Source of the DNA: Escherichia coli
GTDB taxonomy: Bacteria; Pseudomonadota; Gammaproteobacteria; Enterobacterales; Enterobacteriaceae
Direction: 5' to 3' (one strand)
DNA: 64,000 bases
NCBI RefSeq assembly: GCF_013122565.1
Contig: NZ_CP053258.1
Shown: piece after piece, positions 11,182 through 29,271 of the stretch
Layout: each line of letters begins with the position of its first letter
How positions within the stretch are numbered: the first letter of the stretch is position 1
Notes under the pieces: model-generated
Database searches by the model: none
What the model was told of the DNA's origin: nothing
Seen by the model: only the letters and a program-made list of their open reading frames with translations
Translations under genes and position numbers: made by a program

Positions 11182-12114
11182 GTGGATAAAATTTTCGTTG
11201 ATGAAGCAGTAAATGAGCTGCAAACCATTCAGGACATGTTGCGCTGGTCGGTGAGCCGCTTCAGCGCGGCAAATATCTGGTACGGTCACGGCACCGATAA
11301 CCCGTGGGATGAAGCCGTACAGCTGGTGTTGCCTTCGCTCTACCTGCCGCTGGATATCCCGGAAGATATGCGCACCGCGCGTCTGACCTCCAGCGAAAAA
11401 CACCGTATTGTTGAACGCGTGATCCGCCGCGTCAACGAACGCATTCCGGTGGCTTACCTGACCAACAAAGCGTGGTTCTGCGGCCATGAATTTTACGTCG
11501 ATGAACGTGTGCTGGTGCCGCGCTCGCCGATTGGTGAACTGATCAACAATAAATTTGCCGGACTTATCAGCAAGCAACCGCAGCATATTTTAGATATGTG
11601 TACTGGTAGCGGTTGCATCGCCATTGCCTGTGCTTATGCCTTCCCGGATGCGGAAGTCGACGCGGTGGATATCTCTCCCGACGCGCTGGCGGTTGCTGAA
11701 CAGAACATCGAAGAACACGGTCTGATCCACAACGTCATTCCGATTCGTTCCGATCTGTTCCGCGACTTGCCGAAAGTGCAGTACGACCTGATTGTCACTA
11801 ACCCGCCGTATGTCGATGCGGAAGATATGTCCGACCTGCCAAACGAATACCGCCACGAGCCGGAACTGGGCCTGGCATCTGGCACTGACGGCCTGAAACT
11901 GACGCGTCGCATTCTCGGTAACGCGGCAGATTACCTTGCTGATGATGGCGTGTTGATTTGTGAAGTCGGCAACAGCATGGTACATCTTATGGAACAATAT
12001 CCGGATGTTCCGTTCACCTGGCTGGAGTTTGATAACGGCGGCGATGGTGTGTTTATGCTCACCAAAGAGCAGCTTATTGCCGCACGAGAACATTTCGCGA
12101 TTTATAAAGATTAA
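11182..12114 (+). CDS. prmB: Ribosomal protein L3 glutamine N5-methyltransferase
   Basis: Match begins [10 protein letters not shown] (GTG start at 11182 preceded by GGAGG); NPPY methyltransferase motif present; the ORF track's upstream ATG at 11107 is probably not the real start. Confidence 0.9.
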
Positions 12115-12148
12115 GTAAACACGCAAACACAACAATAACGGAGCCGTG

Positions 12149-13234
12149 ATGGCTGGAAACACAATTGGACAACTCTTTCGCGTAACCACCTTCGGCGAAT
12201 CGCACGGGCTGGCGCTCGGCTGCATCGTCGATGGTGTTCCGCCAGGCATTCCGCTGACGGAAGCGGACCTGCAACATGACCTCGACCGTCGTCGCCCTGG
12301 GACATCGCGCTATACCACCCAGCGTCGTGAGCCGGATCAGGTCAAAATACTCTCCGGTGTTTTTGAAGGTGTTACTACCGGTACCAGCATCGGTTTGTTG
12401 ATCGAAAATACCGACCAGCGTTCTCAGGATTATAGTGCGATTAAGGACGTTTTCCGTCCGGGTCATGCCGATTACACTTACGAACAAAAATACGGTCTGC
12501 GCGATTATCGCGGCGGCGGACGTTCTTCCGCACGCGAAACCGCCATGCGCGTGGCGGCGGGGGCGATTGCCAAAAAATATCTCGCTGAGAAATTTGGCAT
12601 CGAAATTCGCGGCTGCCTGACCCAGATGGGTGACATTCCGCTGGAAATCAAAGACTGGTCGCTGGTTGAACAAAATCCGTTCTTCTGCCCGGACCCGGAC
12701 AAAATCGACGCGTTAGATGAACTGATGCGCGCGCTGAAAAAAGAGGGCGACTCTATTGGCGCGAAAGTCACCGTTGTTGCCAGTGGCGTCCCCGCCGGAC
12801 TTGGCGAGCCGGTCTTTGACCGTCTGGATGCCGACATCGCCCATGCGCTGATGAGCATCAACGCGGTGAAAGGCGTGGAAATTGGCGACGGTTTTGACGT
12901 GGTGGCGCTGCGCGGCAGCCAGAATCGCGACGAAATCACTAAAGACGGTTTCCAGAGCAACCATGCGGGCGGCATTCTTGGCGGTATCAGCAGCGGGCAG
13001 CAAATCATTGCTCATATGGCGCTGAAACCGACCTCCAGTATTACCGTGCCGGGGCGTACCATTAACCGCTTTGGCGAAGAAGTTGAGATGATCACCAAAG
13101 GCCGTCACGATCCTTGTGTCGGGATCCGCGCGGTGCCGATCGCTGAAGCGATGCTGGCGATCGTTTTAATGGATCACCTGCTACGGCAGCGGGCGCAAAA
13201 TGCCGATGTGAAGACTGATATTCCACGCTGGTAA
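12149..13234 (+). CDS. aroC: Chorismate synthase
   Basis: [20 protein letters not shown]... 361 aa; second Met of the ORF used. Confidence 0.95.
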
Positions 13235-13237
13235 AAA

Positions 13238-14062
13238 ATGAACAAAACCGCGATTGCGCTGCTGGCTCTGCTTGCCAGTAGCGCCAGCCTGGCAGCGACG
13301 CCGTGGCAAAAAATAACCCAACCTGTGCCGGGTAGCGCACAATCGATAGGCAGTTTTTCTAATGGTTGTATCGTCGGCGCTGACACGTTGCCGATACAGT
13401 CCGAACATTATCAGGTCATGCGTACCGATCAGCGTCGCTATTTCGGTCACCCGGACCTGGTGATGTTTATCCAGCGTCTGAGTAGCCAGGTGAGCAATCT
13501 GGGCATGGGTACGGTGCTGATTGGCGATATGGGGATGCCCGCTGGTGGGCGTTTCAACGGCGGTCACGCCAGCCACCAGACCGGACTGGATGTCGATATC
13601 TTTCTGCAACTGCCGAAAACACGCTGGACCTCCGCACAACTCTTGCGCCCGCAAGCACTGGACTTAGTATCCCGCGACGGTAAACACGTTGTCTCCACGC
13701 TGTGGAAGCCAGAAATTTTCAGCTTGATCAAACTCGCCGCCCAGGACAAAGACGTCACACGGATTTTTGTTAATCCGGCGATTAAACAACAACTTTGCCT
13801 TGATGCGGGTACCGATCGCGACTGGTTGCGCAAAGTGCGACCCTGGTTCCAGCATCGTGCGCATATGCATGTACGATTACGTTGTCCTGCCGATAGTCTG
13901 GAGTGTGAAGATCAACCTTTACCGCCACCAGGCGATGGTTGCGGGGCAGAACTGCAAAGCTGGTTTGAACCTCCAAAACCGGGAACAACAAAGCCTGAGA
14001 AGAAGACACCGCCTCCGTTGCCGCCTTCCTGCCAGGCGCTACTGGATGAGCACGTGATCTAA
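13238..14062 (+). CDS. mepA: Penicillin-insensitive murein DD-endopeptidase
   Basis: 274-aa secreted ORF immediately downstream of aroC. Confidence 0.9.
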   Translation: MNKTAIALLALLASSASLAATPWQKITQPVPGSAQSIGSFSNGCIVGADTLPIQSEHYQVMRTDQRRYFGHPDLVMFIQRLSSQVSNLGMGTVLIGDMGMPAGGRFNGGHASHQTGLDVDIFLQLPKTRWTSAQLLRPQALDLVSRDGKHVVSTLWKPEIFSLIKLAAQDKDVTRIFVNPAIKQQLCLDAGTDRDWLRKVRPWFQHRAHMHVRLRCPADSLECEDQPLPPPGDGCGAELQSWFEPPKPGTTKPEKKTPPPLPPSCQALLDEHVI

Positions 14063-14871
14063 TGGAAACGTTTAATAGCCTGTTTATGGTTTCCCCGCTG
14101 TTGCTGGGAGTTCTCTTTTTTGTCGCCATGCTGGCGGGATTTATTGACTCGATTGCCGGTGGCGGTGGGTTACTCACCATTCCGGCATTGATGGCAGCGG
14201 GGATGTCTCCCGCTAATGCGCTGGCAACCAATAAACTGCAAGCCTGCGGCGGCTCTATTTCCGCCACTATCTACTTTATTCGCCGCAAAGTGGTTAGTTT
14301 AAGCGATCAGAAACTCAATATCGCCATGACCTTTGTCGGCTCAATGAGCGGCGCACTGTTGGTACAGTACGTTCAGGCTGATGTCTTACGGCAGATTTTG
14401 CCCATTCTGGTAATTTGTATCGGCCTCTATTTCTTGCTGATGCCAAAGCTGGGTGAAGAAGATCGCCAGCGCCGGATGTACGGTTTACCCTTCGCGTTAA
14501 TTGCCGGTGGCTGCGTCGGTTTTTATGACGGATTCTTTGGTCCGGCAGCCGGATCGTTTTACGCGCTGGCCTTTGTTACGCTGTGCGGATTCAACCTCGC
14601 CAAAGCCACGGCTCACGCCAAATTACTCAACGCAACGTCAAATATCGGCGGTTTACTGCTGTTTATTCTCGGTGGCAAAGTGATTTGGGCGACGGGCTTT
14701 GTCATGCTGGTGGGGCAGTTCCTCGGCGCGCGCATGGGTTCACGACTGGTGTTGAGCAAAGGACAAAAGCTGATCCGCCCGATGATTGTTATCGTCTCGG
14801 CGGTGATGAGTGCCAAATTACTTTACGATAGCCACGGACAGGAGATCCTCCACTGGTTGGGGATGAACTAA
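14062..14871 (+). CDS. yfcA: TauE/SafE-family inner-membrane protein
   Basis: 269-aa polytopic membrane ORF; TAATG overlap with mepA stop. Confidence 0.85.
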   Translation: METFNSLFMVSPLLLGVLFFVAMLAGFIDSIAGGGGLLTIPALMAAGMSPANALATNKLQACGGSISATIYFIRRKVVSLSDQKLNIAMTFVGSMSGALLVQYVQADVLRQILPILVICIGLYFLLMPKLGEEDRQRRMYGLPFALIAGGCVGFYDGFFGPAAGSFYALAFVTLCGFNLAKATAHAKLLNATSNIGGLLLFILGGKVIWATGFVMLVGQFLGARMGSRLVLSKGQKLIRPMIVIVSAVMSAKLLYDSHGQEILHWLGMN

Positions 14872-15419
14872 TGAACAGTACACACCACTACGAGCAGTTG
14901 ATTGAAATTTTTAATAGCTGCTTTGCCGATGATTTTAATACCCGTCTGATTAAAGGCGACGACGAACCGATCTATCTTCCTGCTGATGCGGAAGTACCGT
15001 ATAACCGAATCGTCTTTGCTCATGGCTTTTATGCCAGCGCAATTCATGAGATTTCGCACTGGTGTATTGCCGGGAAAGCGCGCCGTGAGCTGGTTGATTT
15101 CGGCTACTGGTATTGCCCGGACGGACGCGATGCCCAGACGCAAAGCCAGTTTGAAGATGTTGAAGTGAAGCCGCAGGCGTTCGACTGGTTGTTCTGCGTG
15201 GCGGCGGGATATCCGTTTAACGTCAGTTGCGACAATCTGGAAGGCGACTTCGAACCGGACCGCGTGGTGTTTCAACGGCGAGTACATGCGCAGGTGATGG
15301 ATTATCTGACAAATGGCATTCCGGAACGCCCGGCACGTTTCATTAAAGCACTACAAAATTATTATCACACGCCGGAACTTACGGCGGAACAGTTCCCGTG
15401 GCCGGAAGCGCTCAACTGA
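14871..15419 (+). CDS. epmC: Elongation factor P hydroxylase
   Basis: 182-aa ORF MNSTHHYEQLIEIFNSCF...; start overlaps yfcA stop. Confidence 0.85.
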   Translation: MNSTHHYEQLIEIFNSCFADDFNTRLIKGDDEPIYLPADAEVPYNRIVFAHGFYASAIHEISHWCIAGKARRELVDFGYWYCPDGRDAQTQSQFEDVEVKPQAFDWLFCVAAGYPFNVSCDNLEGDFEPDRVVFQRRVHAQVMDYLTNGIPERPARFIKALQNYYHTPELTAEQFPWPEALN

Positions 15420-15452
15420 AGCCAGCGCCACGTTTTACAATGAGGAAAGAAG

Positions 15453-15731
15453 ATGATCGCGGAGTTTGAATCACGCATTCTGGCATTAATCGACGGTATG
15501 GTTGACCATGCCAGTGATGATGAGTTGTTTGCCAGTGGGTATTTGCGTGGCCACCTGACATTAGCCATCGCAGAACTGGAAAGTGGTGATGACCACTCCG
15601 CTCAGGCGGTGCATACGACCGTTAGCCAGAGTCTGGAAAAAGCCATTGGTGCTGGTGAATTGTCGCCGCGTGACCAGGCGCTGGTGACCGATATGTGGGA
15701 AAACCTGTTTCAGCAGGCGTCACAGCAGTAA
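15453..15731 (+). CDS. yfcL: Small conserved protein YfcL
   Basis: 92-aa [19 protein letters not shown]...; last core gene before the IS insertion. Confidence 0.8.
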
Positions 15732-15739
15732 GTTGCGGT

Positions 15740-15789
<50 letters not shown>

Positions 15790-15887
15790 CACGTCACACG
15801 TAGATACTGTTATGGCCTGCAAGTTTTTTTCTACCCCGGTTTCCCGGATTGCAGGCATGCCAGATACAGCGCCGTCAGGCGCTGTTG

Positions 15888-17111
<1,224 letters not shown>

Positions 17112-17129
17112 AAACACTGCGAGAGCAGA

Positions 17130-19202
<2,073 letters not shown>

Positions 19203-19294
19203 CTATTAATTGGCTGATCGGACTTGTTCGGCGTACAAGTGTACGCTATTGTGCATTCGAAACTTACTCTATGTGCGACTTACAGAGGTATTGA

Positions 19295-20515
19295 ATGAAA
19301 CGTGCAGTGATTACTGGCCTGGGCATTGTTTCCAGCATCGGTAATAACCAGCAGGAAGTCCTGGCATCTCTGCGTGAAGGACGTTCAGGGATCACTTTCT
19401 CTCAGGAGCTGAAGGATTCCGGCATGCGTAGCCACGTCTGGGGCAACGTAAAACTGGATACCACTGGCCTCATTGACCGCAAAGTTGTGCGCTTTATGAG
19501 CGACGCATCCATTTATGCATTCCTTTCTATGGAGCAGGCAATCGCTGATGCGGGCCTCTCTCCGGAAGCTTACCAGAATAACCCGCGCGTTGGCCTGATT
19601 GCAGGTTCCGGCGGCGGCTCCCCGCGTTTCCAGGTGTTCGGCGCTGACGCAATGCGCGGTCCGCGCGGCCTGAAAGCGGTTGGCCCATATGTGGTCACCA
19701 AAGCGATGGCATCCGGCGTTTCTGCATGTCTCGCCACGCCGTTTAAAATTCATGGCGTTAACTACTCCATCAGCTCCGCGTGTGCGACTTCCGCACACTG
19801 TATCGGTAACGCAGTAGAGCAGATCCAACTGGGCAAACAGGACATCGTGTTTGCTGGCGGCGGCGAAGAGCTGTGCTGGGAAATGGCTTGCGAATTCGAC
19901 GCAATGGGTGCGCTGTCTACTAAATACAACGACACCCCGGAAAAAGCCTCCCGTACTTACGATGCTCACCGTGACGGTTTCGTTATCGCTGGCGGCGGCG
20001 GTATGGTGGTGGTTGAAGAGCTGGAACACGCGCTGGCGCGTGGTGCTCACATCTATGCTGAAATCGTTGGCTACGGCGCAACCTCTGATGGCGCAGACAT
20101 GGTTGCTCCGTCTGGCGAAGGCGCAGTACGTTGTATGCAGATGGCGATGCATGGCGTTGATACCCCAATCGATTACCTGAACTCTCACGGTACTTCGACT
20201 CCGGTTGGCGACGTGAAAGAGCTGGCAGCTATCCGTGAAGTGTTCGGCGATAAGAGCCCGGCGATTTCTGCAACCAAAGCCATGACCGGTCACTCTCTGG
20301 GCGCTGCGGGTGTGCAGGAAGCTATCTACTCTCTGCTGATGCTGGAACACGGCTTTATCGCCCCGAGCATCAACATTGAAGAGCTGGACGAGCAGGCTGC
20401 GGGTCTGAACATCGTGACCGAAACGACCGATCGCGAACTGACCACTGTTATGTCTAACAGCTTCGGCTTCGGCGGCACCAACGCCACGCTGGTAATGCGC
20501 AAGCTGAAAGATTAA
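19295..20515 (+). CDS. fabB: 3-oxoacyl-ACP synthase I (KAS I)
   Basis: 406-aa [25 protein letters not shown]... Confidence 0.95.
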   Translation: MKRAVITGLGIVSSIGNNQQEVLASLREGRSGITFSQELKDSGMRSHVWGNVKLDTTGLIDRKVVRFMSDASIYAFLSMEQAIADAGLSPEAYQNNPRVGLIAGSGGGSPRFQVFGADAMRGPRGLKAVGPYVVTKAMASGVSACLATPFKIHGVNYSISSACATSAHCIGNAVEQIQLGKQDIVFAGGGEELCWEMACEFDAMGALSTKYNDTPEKASRTYDAHRDGFVIAGGGGMVVVEELEHALARGAHIYAEIVGYGATSDGADMVAPSGEGAVRCMQMAMHGVDTPIDYLNSHGTSTPVGDVKELAAIREVFGDKSPAISATKAMTGHSLGAAGVQEAIYSLLMLEHGFIAPSINIEELDEQAAGLNIVTETTDRELTTVMSNSFGFGGTNATLVMRKLKD

Positions 20516-20520
20516 TTCGT

Positions 20521-20630
20521 AGTAGGTCGGAGTAGTCGGAGTAGGTCGGATAAGACGCGCCAGCGTCGCATCCGACGTTACGCGTCAGCGTCGCATCCGA
20601 CGTTACGCGCCAATGCGGCCTCCGGCACTA
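20521..20630. repeat. BIME / REP cluster between fabB and yfcJ
   Basis: Tandem GTAGGTCGGA(G/T)... units and repeated GCGTCGCATCCGACGTTACGCG palindromic units. Confidence 0.75.
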
Positions 20631-20637
20631 ACGCAAA

Positions 20638-20665
20638 AGGGAACCTGATGGTTCCCTTTTTCACA
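20638..20665 (+). terminator. Hairpin plus T-tract after fabB
   Basis: GGGAACC-tgat-GGTTCCC followed by TTTTT. Confidence 0.6.
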
Positions 20666-20820
20666 TCATTGACAATCGCCGCCTGTTCCAGGCAAACTTC
20701 CCGCTTTGTCGATTTCCTTCTGAAAAGACGTACGCGTTAAATCCTGCCAACGCACCGTAACCCTGAAACCAGAGAGATGAGACGGGGAAATTCCTCGCCT
20801 TGCGCTGCATTCTGGAGTAA

Positions 20821-22994
<2,174 letters not shown>

Positions 22995-23092
22995 TACGTA
23001 TCCTTATACCTGAAATCTTCGCAAGTATGCCTGGCCGCGAGATTATGGCACACTTGTCCGGTTAACTCTCGTCTCATACAGGTAACACAAAC

Positions 23093-24229
23093 GTGAAAAT
23101 CCTTGTTGATGAAAATATGCCTTATGCCCGCGACTTATTTAGCCGTTTGGGTGAGGTGATCGCGGTTCCCGGGCGTCCAATCCCCGTCGCTCAACTGGCA
23201 GACGCGGATGCGCTGATGGTGCGTTCGGTCACGAAAGTGAATGAATCTTTGCTGGCAGGAAAACCCATTAAATTTGTTGGCACTGCCACTGCGGGGACCG
23301 ACCATGTCGATGAAGCATGGTTGAAGCAGGCGGGAATTGGTTTTTCCGCTGCACCTGGCTGTAATGCGATTGCGGTGGTGGAATATGTTTTCTCCTCCCT
23401 GCTGATGCTTGCCGAACGCGATGGATTTTCACTGCACGAGCGTACCGTGGGGATCGTGGGCGTTGGTAACGTTGGTCGGCGTTTACAGGCACGACTGGAA
23501 GCGTTAGGGATTAAAACCTTACTTTGCGATCCGCCTCGCGCCGACCGTGGGGATGAGGGTGATTTCCGCTCGCTGGATGAATTAGTTCAGCATGCGGATA
23601 TTCTGACTTTCCATACGCCACTCTTCAAAGACGGGCAGTACAAAACGCTGCATCTGGCGGATGAAAAACTGATCCGCAGCCTGAAACCGGGAGCGATTCT
23701 GATTAACGCCTGCCGTGGCGCAGTCGTCGATAATACCGCGCTGCTGACCTGCCTGAACGAAGGCCAGAAGTTAAGCGTAGTGCTGGATGTCTGGGAAGGC
23801 GAACCGGAACTCAACGTCGAGCTGCTGAAAAAAGTGGATATCGGCACGCCGCATATCGCAGGCTATACCCTGGAAGGTAAAGCACGCGGTACTACGCAAG
23901 TGTTTGAAGCCTATAGCAAGTTTATTGGGCATGAACAGCACGTTGCGCTGGATACATTACTGCCCGCGCCAGAGTTTGGTCGCATTACGCTGCATGGCCC
24001 GCTCGATCAACCGACGCTGAAAAGGCTGGTGCATTTGGTGTATGATGTGCGCCGCGATGACGCACCGCTGCGTAAAGTCGCCGGGATACCGGGTGAGTTC
24101 GATAAACTGCGCAAAAACTATCTTGAGCGCCGTGAATGGTCATCTCTGTATGTAATTTGTGATGACGCCAGTGCGGCATCATTGCTGTGTAAACTGGGTT
24201 TTAACGCCGTTCATCATCCGGCACGTTAA
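23093..24229 (+). CDS. pdxB: Erythronate-4-phosphate dehydrogenase
   Basis: 378-aa ORF with D-2-hydroxyacid dehydrogenase NAD motif GIVGVGNVG. Confidence 0.9.
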   Translation: MKILVDENMPYARDLFSRLGEVIAVPGRPIPVAQLADADALMVRSVTKVNESLLAGKPIKFVGTATAGTDHVDEAWLKQAGIGFSAAPGCNAIAVVEYVFSSLLMLAERDGFSLHERTVGIVGVGNVGRRLQARLEALGIKTLLCDPPRADRGDEGDFRSLDELVQHADILTFHTPLFKDGQYKTLHLADEKLIRSLKPGAILINACRGAVVDNTALLTCLNEGQKLSVVLDVWEGEPELNVELLKKVDIGTPHIAGYTLEGKARGTTQVFEAYSKFIGHEQHVALDTLLPAPEFGRITLHGPLDQPTLKRLVHLVYDVRRDDAPLRKVAGIPGEFDKLRKNYLERREWSSLYVICDDASAASLLCKLGFNAVHHPAR

Positions 24230-24295
24230 TCTCTTCTTCATGCTCTCTGCTGTAACATTGGCAGGGAGCTTTGCTATTTCTGGAGTAAAACCACC

Positions 24296-25309
24296 ATGTC
24301 TGAAGGCTGGAACATTGCCGTCCTGGGCGCAACTGGCGCTGTGGGCGAAGCCCTGCTTGAAACGCTGGCTGAACGTCAGTTCCCGGTTGGGGAAATTTAT
24401 GCACTGGCACGTAACGAAAGCGCAGGCGAACAACTGCGCTTTGGTGGTAAGACAGTCACCGTGCAGGATGCTGCTGAATTCGACTGGACGCAGGCGCAGC
24501 TGGCATTTTTTGTCGCAGGCAAAGAAGCTACCGCAGCCTGGGTTGAAGAAGCGACCAACTCAGGTTGCCTGGTGATCGACAGCAGCGGATTGTTTGCTCT
24601 CGAACCCGACGTACCGCTGGTGGTGCCGGAAGTAAACCCGTTTGTACTGACAGATTACCGGAACCGGAATGTCATCGCCGTACCAGACAGTCTGACCAGC
24701 CAGCTGCTGGCGGCACTGAAACCGTTAATCGATCAGGGCGGTTTGTCGCGTATCAGTGTTACCAGCCTGATTTCAGCCTCCGCCCAGGGCAAAAAAGCGG
24801 TCGATGCGTTAGCGGGGCAGAGTGCGAAATTGCTCAACGGCATTCCGATTGACGAAGAAGATTTCTTCGGGCGTCAGCTGGCGTTCAACATGCTGCCGTT
24901 ACTGCCGGATAGCGAAGGTAGCGTGCGTGAAGAACGTCGTATCGTTGACGAAGTCCGCAAAATCCTGCAGGACGAAGGGCTGATGATTTCGGCAAGCGTC
25001 GTCCAGGCACCGGTATTCTACGGTCATGCCCAGATGGTCAACTTTGAAGCACTGCGTCCGCTGGCGGCAGAAGAAGCGCGTGATGCGTTTTCTCAGGGCG
25101 AAGATATTGTGCTCTCTGAAGAGAACGAATTCCCGACTCAGGTGGGGGATGCTTCTGGTACGCCGCATCTTTCTGTTGGCTGCGTGCGTAATGACTACGG
25201 TATGCCGGAGCAAGTCCAGTTCTGGTCGGTGGCTGATAACGTTCGCTTTGGCGGCGCGCTGATGGCAGTAAAAATCGCCGAGAAGCTGGTGCAGGAGTAT
25301 CTGTACTAA
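24296..25309 (+). CDS. usg: Aspartate-semialdehyde dehydrogenase homolog Usg
   Basis: 337-aa ORF with N-terminal GATGAVG Rossmann motif. Confidence 0.85.
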
Positions 25310-26121
25310 TGTCCGACCAGCAACAACCGCCAGTTTATAAAATTGCGCTGGGTATTGAGTACGACGGCAGTAGGTATTATGGCTGGCAACGGCAGAATGA
25401 AGTCCGCAGTGTGCAGGAGAAGCTGGAGAAGGCGCTCTCCCAGGTGGCGAACGAACCCATCACCGTCTTCTGCGCCGGGCGCACTGACGCAGGGGTACAC
25501 GGTACCGGGCAGGTTGTGCATTTCGAAACAACCGCGCAGCGCAAAGACGCTGCGTGGACGTTGGGCGTAAATGCGAATTTACCTGGTGACATCGCCGTGC
25601 GTTGGGTTAAAGCTGTACCTGATGATTTTCATGCCCGATTTAGCGCCACGGCTCGCCGTTATCGCTACATCATCTACAATCATCGGCTGCGCCCGGCGGT
25701 ACTGAGTAAAGGGGTAACCCATTTTTACGAACCGCTGGACGCTGAACGGATGCATCGGGCTGCGCAATGCTTGCTGGGCGAGAATGATTTCACCTCGTTC
25801 CGTGCGGTGCAGTGCCAGTCCCGAACCCCGTGGCGCAACGTTATGCATATTAATGTCACGCGTCACGGTCCTTATGTGGTGGTTGATATCAAAGCGAATG
25901 CCTTTGTACATCATATGGTCAGGAATATTGTCGGCAGCCTGATGGAAGTCGGTGCCCACAACCAGCCGGAGAGCTGGATAGCAGAGTTGCTGGCGGCAAA
26001 GGACAGAACGCTGGCGGCAGCAACGGCAAAAGCGGAAGGGCTGTATCTGGTCGCGGTGGATTACCCTGACCGGTATGATCTTCCAAAACCGCCAATGGGC
26101 CCGCTATTTCTGGCGGACTAA
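25309..26121 (+). CDS. truA: tRNA pseudouridine(38-40) synthase
   Basis: 270-aa ORF with [10 protein letters not shown] catalytic motif; start overlaps usg stop. Confidence 0.9.
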
Positions 26122-26203
26122 CGAGAATAATGCTCGGAACATTTCAGGCTGTAGCCAACGTAGTTACAGCCTGAAAGATGACGAGTACAAGGCATAGGCA
26201 AAT

Positions 26204-26863
26204 ATGGACCTGATTTATTTCCTCATCGATTTTATCCTGCACATTGACGTGCATCTGGCAGAGCTGGTCGCGGAGTACGGCGTCTGGGTTTATGCCATTT
26301 TGTTCTTAATTTTGTTCTGTGAAACCGGTCTGGTGGTAACGCCGTTTTTACCGGGTGATTCATTGCTGTTTGTTGCCGGAGCGTTGGCATCACTGGAAAC
26401 CAACGATCTCAACGTCCATATGATGGTGGTGCTGATGCTGATCGCCGCGATTGTGGGTGACGCGGTCAATTACACTATCGGGCGGTTGTTCGGTGAAAAG
26501 TTATTCAGTAATCCCAATTCGAAAATTTTCCGTCGCAGTTATCTCGACAAAACCCATCAGTTTTATGAGAAACATGGCGGCAAAACGATTATTCTCGCCC
26601 GTTTTGTGCCGATCGTCAGAACGTTCGCCCCGTTTGTTGCGGGAATGGGCCACATGTCGTACCGTCATTTCGCCGCTTATAACGTGATCGGCGCACTGTT
26701 GTGGGTACTGCTTTTTACCTACGCAGGCTATTTCTTCGGTACAATCCCGATGGTTCAGGATAACCTTAAGCTGCTGATCGTCGGGATTATTGTGGTGTCT
26801 ATTTTGCCGGGCGTCATCGAAATAATCCGTCACAAACGCGCTGCGGCACGCGCCGCAAAATAA
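26204..26863 (+). CDS. dedA: DedA-family inner-membrane protein
   Basis: 219-aa membrane ORF. Confidence 0.85.
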   Translation: MDLIYFLIDFILHIDVHLAELVAEYGVWVYAILFLILFCETGLVVTPFLPGDSLLFVAGALASLETNDLNVHMMVVLMLIAAIVGDAVNYTIGRLFGEKLFSNPNSKIFRRSYLDKTHQFYEKHGGKTIILARFVPIVRTFAPFVAGMGHMSYRHFAAYNVIGALLWVLLFTYAGYFFGTIPMVQDNLKLLIVGIIVVSILPGVIEIIRHKRAAARAAK

Positions 26864-27018
26864 AAAGTAACTCCGCGGTTCGACCACTTTTTTATCCAAA
26901 GTTTCGGGCTGTTATGTTTTAATGTGCAACATTCATGGTCTGTTGGGGGCAAAAATGGCATTATGCGTCCCCAAAGATAAAACTGGCATCGAACCAGGTT
27001 CAGACAGAAAGGTCCCTA

Positions 27019-27933
27019 ATGAGCTGGATTGAACGAATTAAAAGCAACATTACTCCCACCCGCAAGGCGAGCATTCCTGAAGGGGTGTGGACTAAGTGTG
27101 ATAGCTGCGGTCAGGTTTTATACCGCGCTGAGCTGGAACGTAATCTTGAGGTCTGTCCGAAGTGTGACCATCACATGCGTATGACAGCGCGTAATCGCCT
27201 GCATAGCCTGTTAGATGAAGGAAGCCTTGTGGAGCTGGGTAGCGAGCTTGAGCCGAAAGATGTGCTGAAGTTTCGTGACTCCAAGAAGTATAAAGACCGT
27301 CTGGCATCTGCGCAGAAAGAAACCGGCGAAAAAGATGCGCTTGTGGTGATGAAAGGCACTCTGTATGGAATGCCGGTTGTCGCTGCGGCATTCGAGTTCG
27401 CCTTTATGGGCGGTTCAATGGGGTCTGTTGTGGGTGCACGTTTCGTGCGTGCCGTTGAGCAGGCGCTGGAAGATAACTGCCCGCTGATCTGCTTCTCCGC
27501 CTCTGGTGGCGCACGTATGCAGGAAGCACTGATGTCGCTGATGCAGATGGCGAAAACCTCTGCGGCACTGGCAAAAATGCAGGAGCGCGGCTTGCCGTAC
27601 ATCTCCGTGCTGACCGACCCGACGATGGGCGGTGTTTCTGCAAGTTTCGCCATGCTGGGCGATCTCAACATCGCTGAACCGAAAGCGTTAATCGGCTTTG
27701 CCGGTCCGCGTGTTATCGAACAGACCGTTCGCGAAAAACTGCCGCCAGGATTCCAGCGCAGTGAATTCCTGATCGAGAAAGGCGCGATCGACATGATCGT
27801 CCGTCGTCCGGAAATGCGCCTGAAACTGGCGAGCATTCTGGCGAAGTTGATGAATCTGCCAGCGCCGAATCCTGAAGCGCCGCGTGAAGGCGTAGTGGTA
27901 CCCCCGGTACCGGATCAGGAACCTGAGGCCTGA
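27019..27933 (+). CDS. accD: Acetyl-CoA carboxylase carboxyltransferase beta subunit
   Basis: Match begins [10 protein letters not shown]...; N-terminal Cys4 zinc finger (CDSCG...CPKCDHH); the ORF track's upstream Met at 26935 is not used. Confidence 0.95.
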
Positions 27934-27942
27934 TAACTGATA

Positions 27943-27971
27943 AGGGCAGGGCCACTGGCTCTGCCCTTTTG
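27943..27971 (+). terminator. Hairpin plus T-tract after accD
   Basis: AGGGCAG...CTGCCCT followed by TTTT. Confidence 0.55.
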
Positions 27972-28002
27972 CTATTCTCACCGTAACGAATCAGCGGATA
28001 CC

Positions 28003-29271
28003 ATGATTATCAAACGCACTCCTCAAGCCGCGTCGCCTCTGGCTTCGTGGCTTTCTTATCTGGAAAACCTGCACAGTAAAACTATCGATCTCGGCCTTGA
28101 GCGCGTGAGCCAGGTCGCGGCGCGTCTTGGCGTTCTGAAACCAGCGCCCTTTGTGTTTACCGTTGCGGGTACGAATGGCAAAGGCACCACCTGCCGTACG
28201 CTGGAGTCGATTCTGATGGCGGCAGGGTACAAAGTGGGCGTCTACAGTTCGCCTCATCTGGTGCGTTATACCGAGCGCGTACGTGTGCAGGGTCAGGAAT
28301 TGCCGGAATCGGCCCACACCGCCTCTTTTGCGGAGATTGAATCGGCACGCGGTGATATTTCCCTGACCTATTTCGAGTACGGTACGCTGTCGGCGTTGTG
28401 GCTGTTCAAACAGGCACAACTTGACGTGGTGATTCTGGAAGTAGGGCTGGGTGGTCGTCTGGACGCAACCAATATTGTCGATGCCGATGTCGCGGTAGTA
28501 ACCAGTATTGCGCTTGATCATACCGACTGGCTGGGGCCAGATCGTGAAAGTATTGGTCGCGAGAAAGCAGGCATCTTTCGTAGCGAAAAACCGGCAATTG
28601 TCGGTGAGCCGGAAATGCCTTCTACTATTGCTGATGTGGCGCAGGAAAAAGGTGCACTGTTACAACGTCGGGGCGTTGAGTGGAACTATTCCGTCACCGA
28701 TCATGACTGGACGTTTAGCGATGCTCACGGCACGCTGGAAAACCTGCCGTTGCCGCTTGTCCCGCAACCGAATGCCGCAACGGCGCTGGCGGCACTGCGT
28801 GCCAGCGGGCTGGAGGTCAGTGAAAATGCCATTCGCGACGGGATTGCCAGCGCAATTTTGCCGGGACGTTTCCAGATTGTGAGCGAGTCGCCACGCGTTA
28901 TTTTTGATGTCGCGCATAATCCACATGCGGCGGAATATCTTACCGGGCGTATGAAAGCGCTACCGAAAAACGGGCGCGTGCTGGCGGTTATCGGTATGCT
29001 ACATGATAAAGATATTGCCGGAACTCTGGCCTGGTTGAAAAGCGTGGTTGATGACTGGTATTGTGCGCCACTGGAAGGGCCGCGCGGTGCCACGGCAGAA
29101 CAACTGCTTGAGCATTTGGGTAACGGCAAATCATTTGATAGCGTGGCGCAGGCATGGGATGCCGCAATGGCGGACGCTAAAGCGGAAGATACCGTGCTGG
29201 TGTGTGGTTCGTTCCACACGGTCGCACATGTCATGGAAGTGATTGACGCGAGGAGAAGCGGTGGCAAGTAA
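28003..29271 (+). CDS. folC: Dihydrofolate synthase / folylpolyglutamate synthase
   Basis: 422-aa ORF with Mur-ligase P-loop GTNGKGTT. Confidence 0.95.
   Translation: MIIKRTPQAASPLASWLSYLENLHSKTIDLGLERVSQVAARLGVLKPAPFVFTVAGTNGKGTTCRTLESILMAAGYKVGVYSSPHLVRYTERVRVQGQELPESAHTASFAEIESARGDISLTYFEYGTLSALWLFKQAQLDVVILEVGLGGRLDATNIVDADVAVVTSIALDHTDWLGPDRESIGREKAGIFRSEKPAIVGEPEMPSTIADVAQEKGALLQRRGVEWNYSVTDHDWTFSDAHGTLENLPLPLVPQPNAATALAALRASGLEVSENAIRDGIASAILPGRFQIVSESPRVIFDVAHNPHAAEYLTGRMKALPKNGRVLAVIGMLHDKDIAGTLAWLKSVVDDWYCAPLEGPRGATAEQLLEHLGNGKSFDSVAQAWDAAMADAKAEDTVLVCGSFHTVAHVMEVIDARRSGGK

Noticed and set aside
19385-20350. 321-aa ORF on the minus strand
   Set aside because: Antisense shadow of fabB.
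20516-20640. Short tandem direct repeats that could be mistaken for a CRISPR array
   Set aside because: The repeats are REP/BIME palindromic units with irregular spacing; there are no uniform spacers and no cas genes.
26935-27018. Upstream in-frame extension of accD (ORF track starts at 26935)
   Set aside because: The conserved AccD N-terminus begins at MSWIERIK (27019); the extension looks like non-coding leader.
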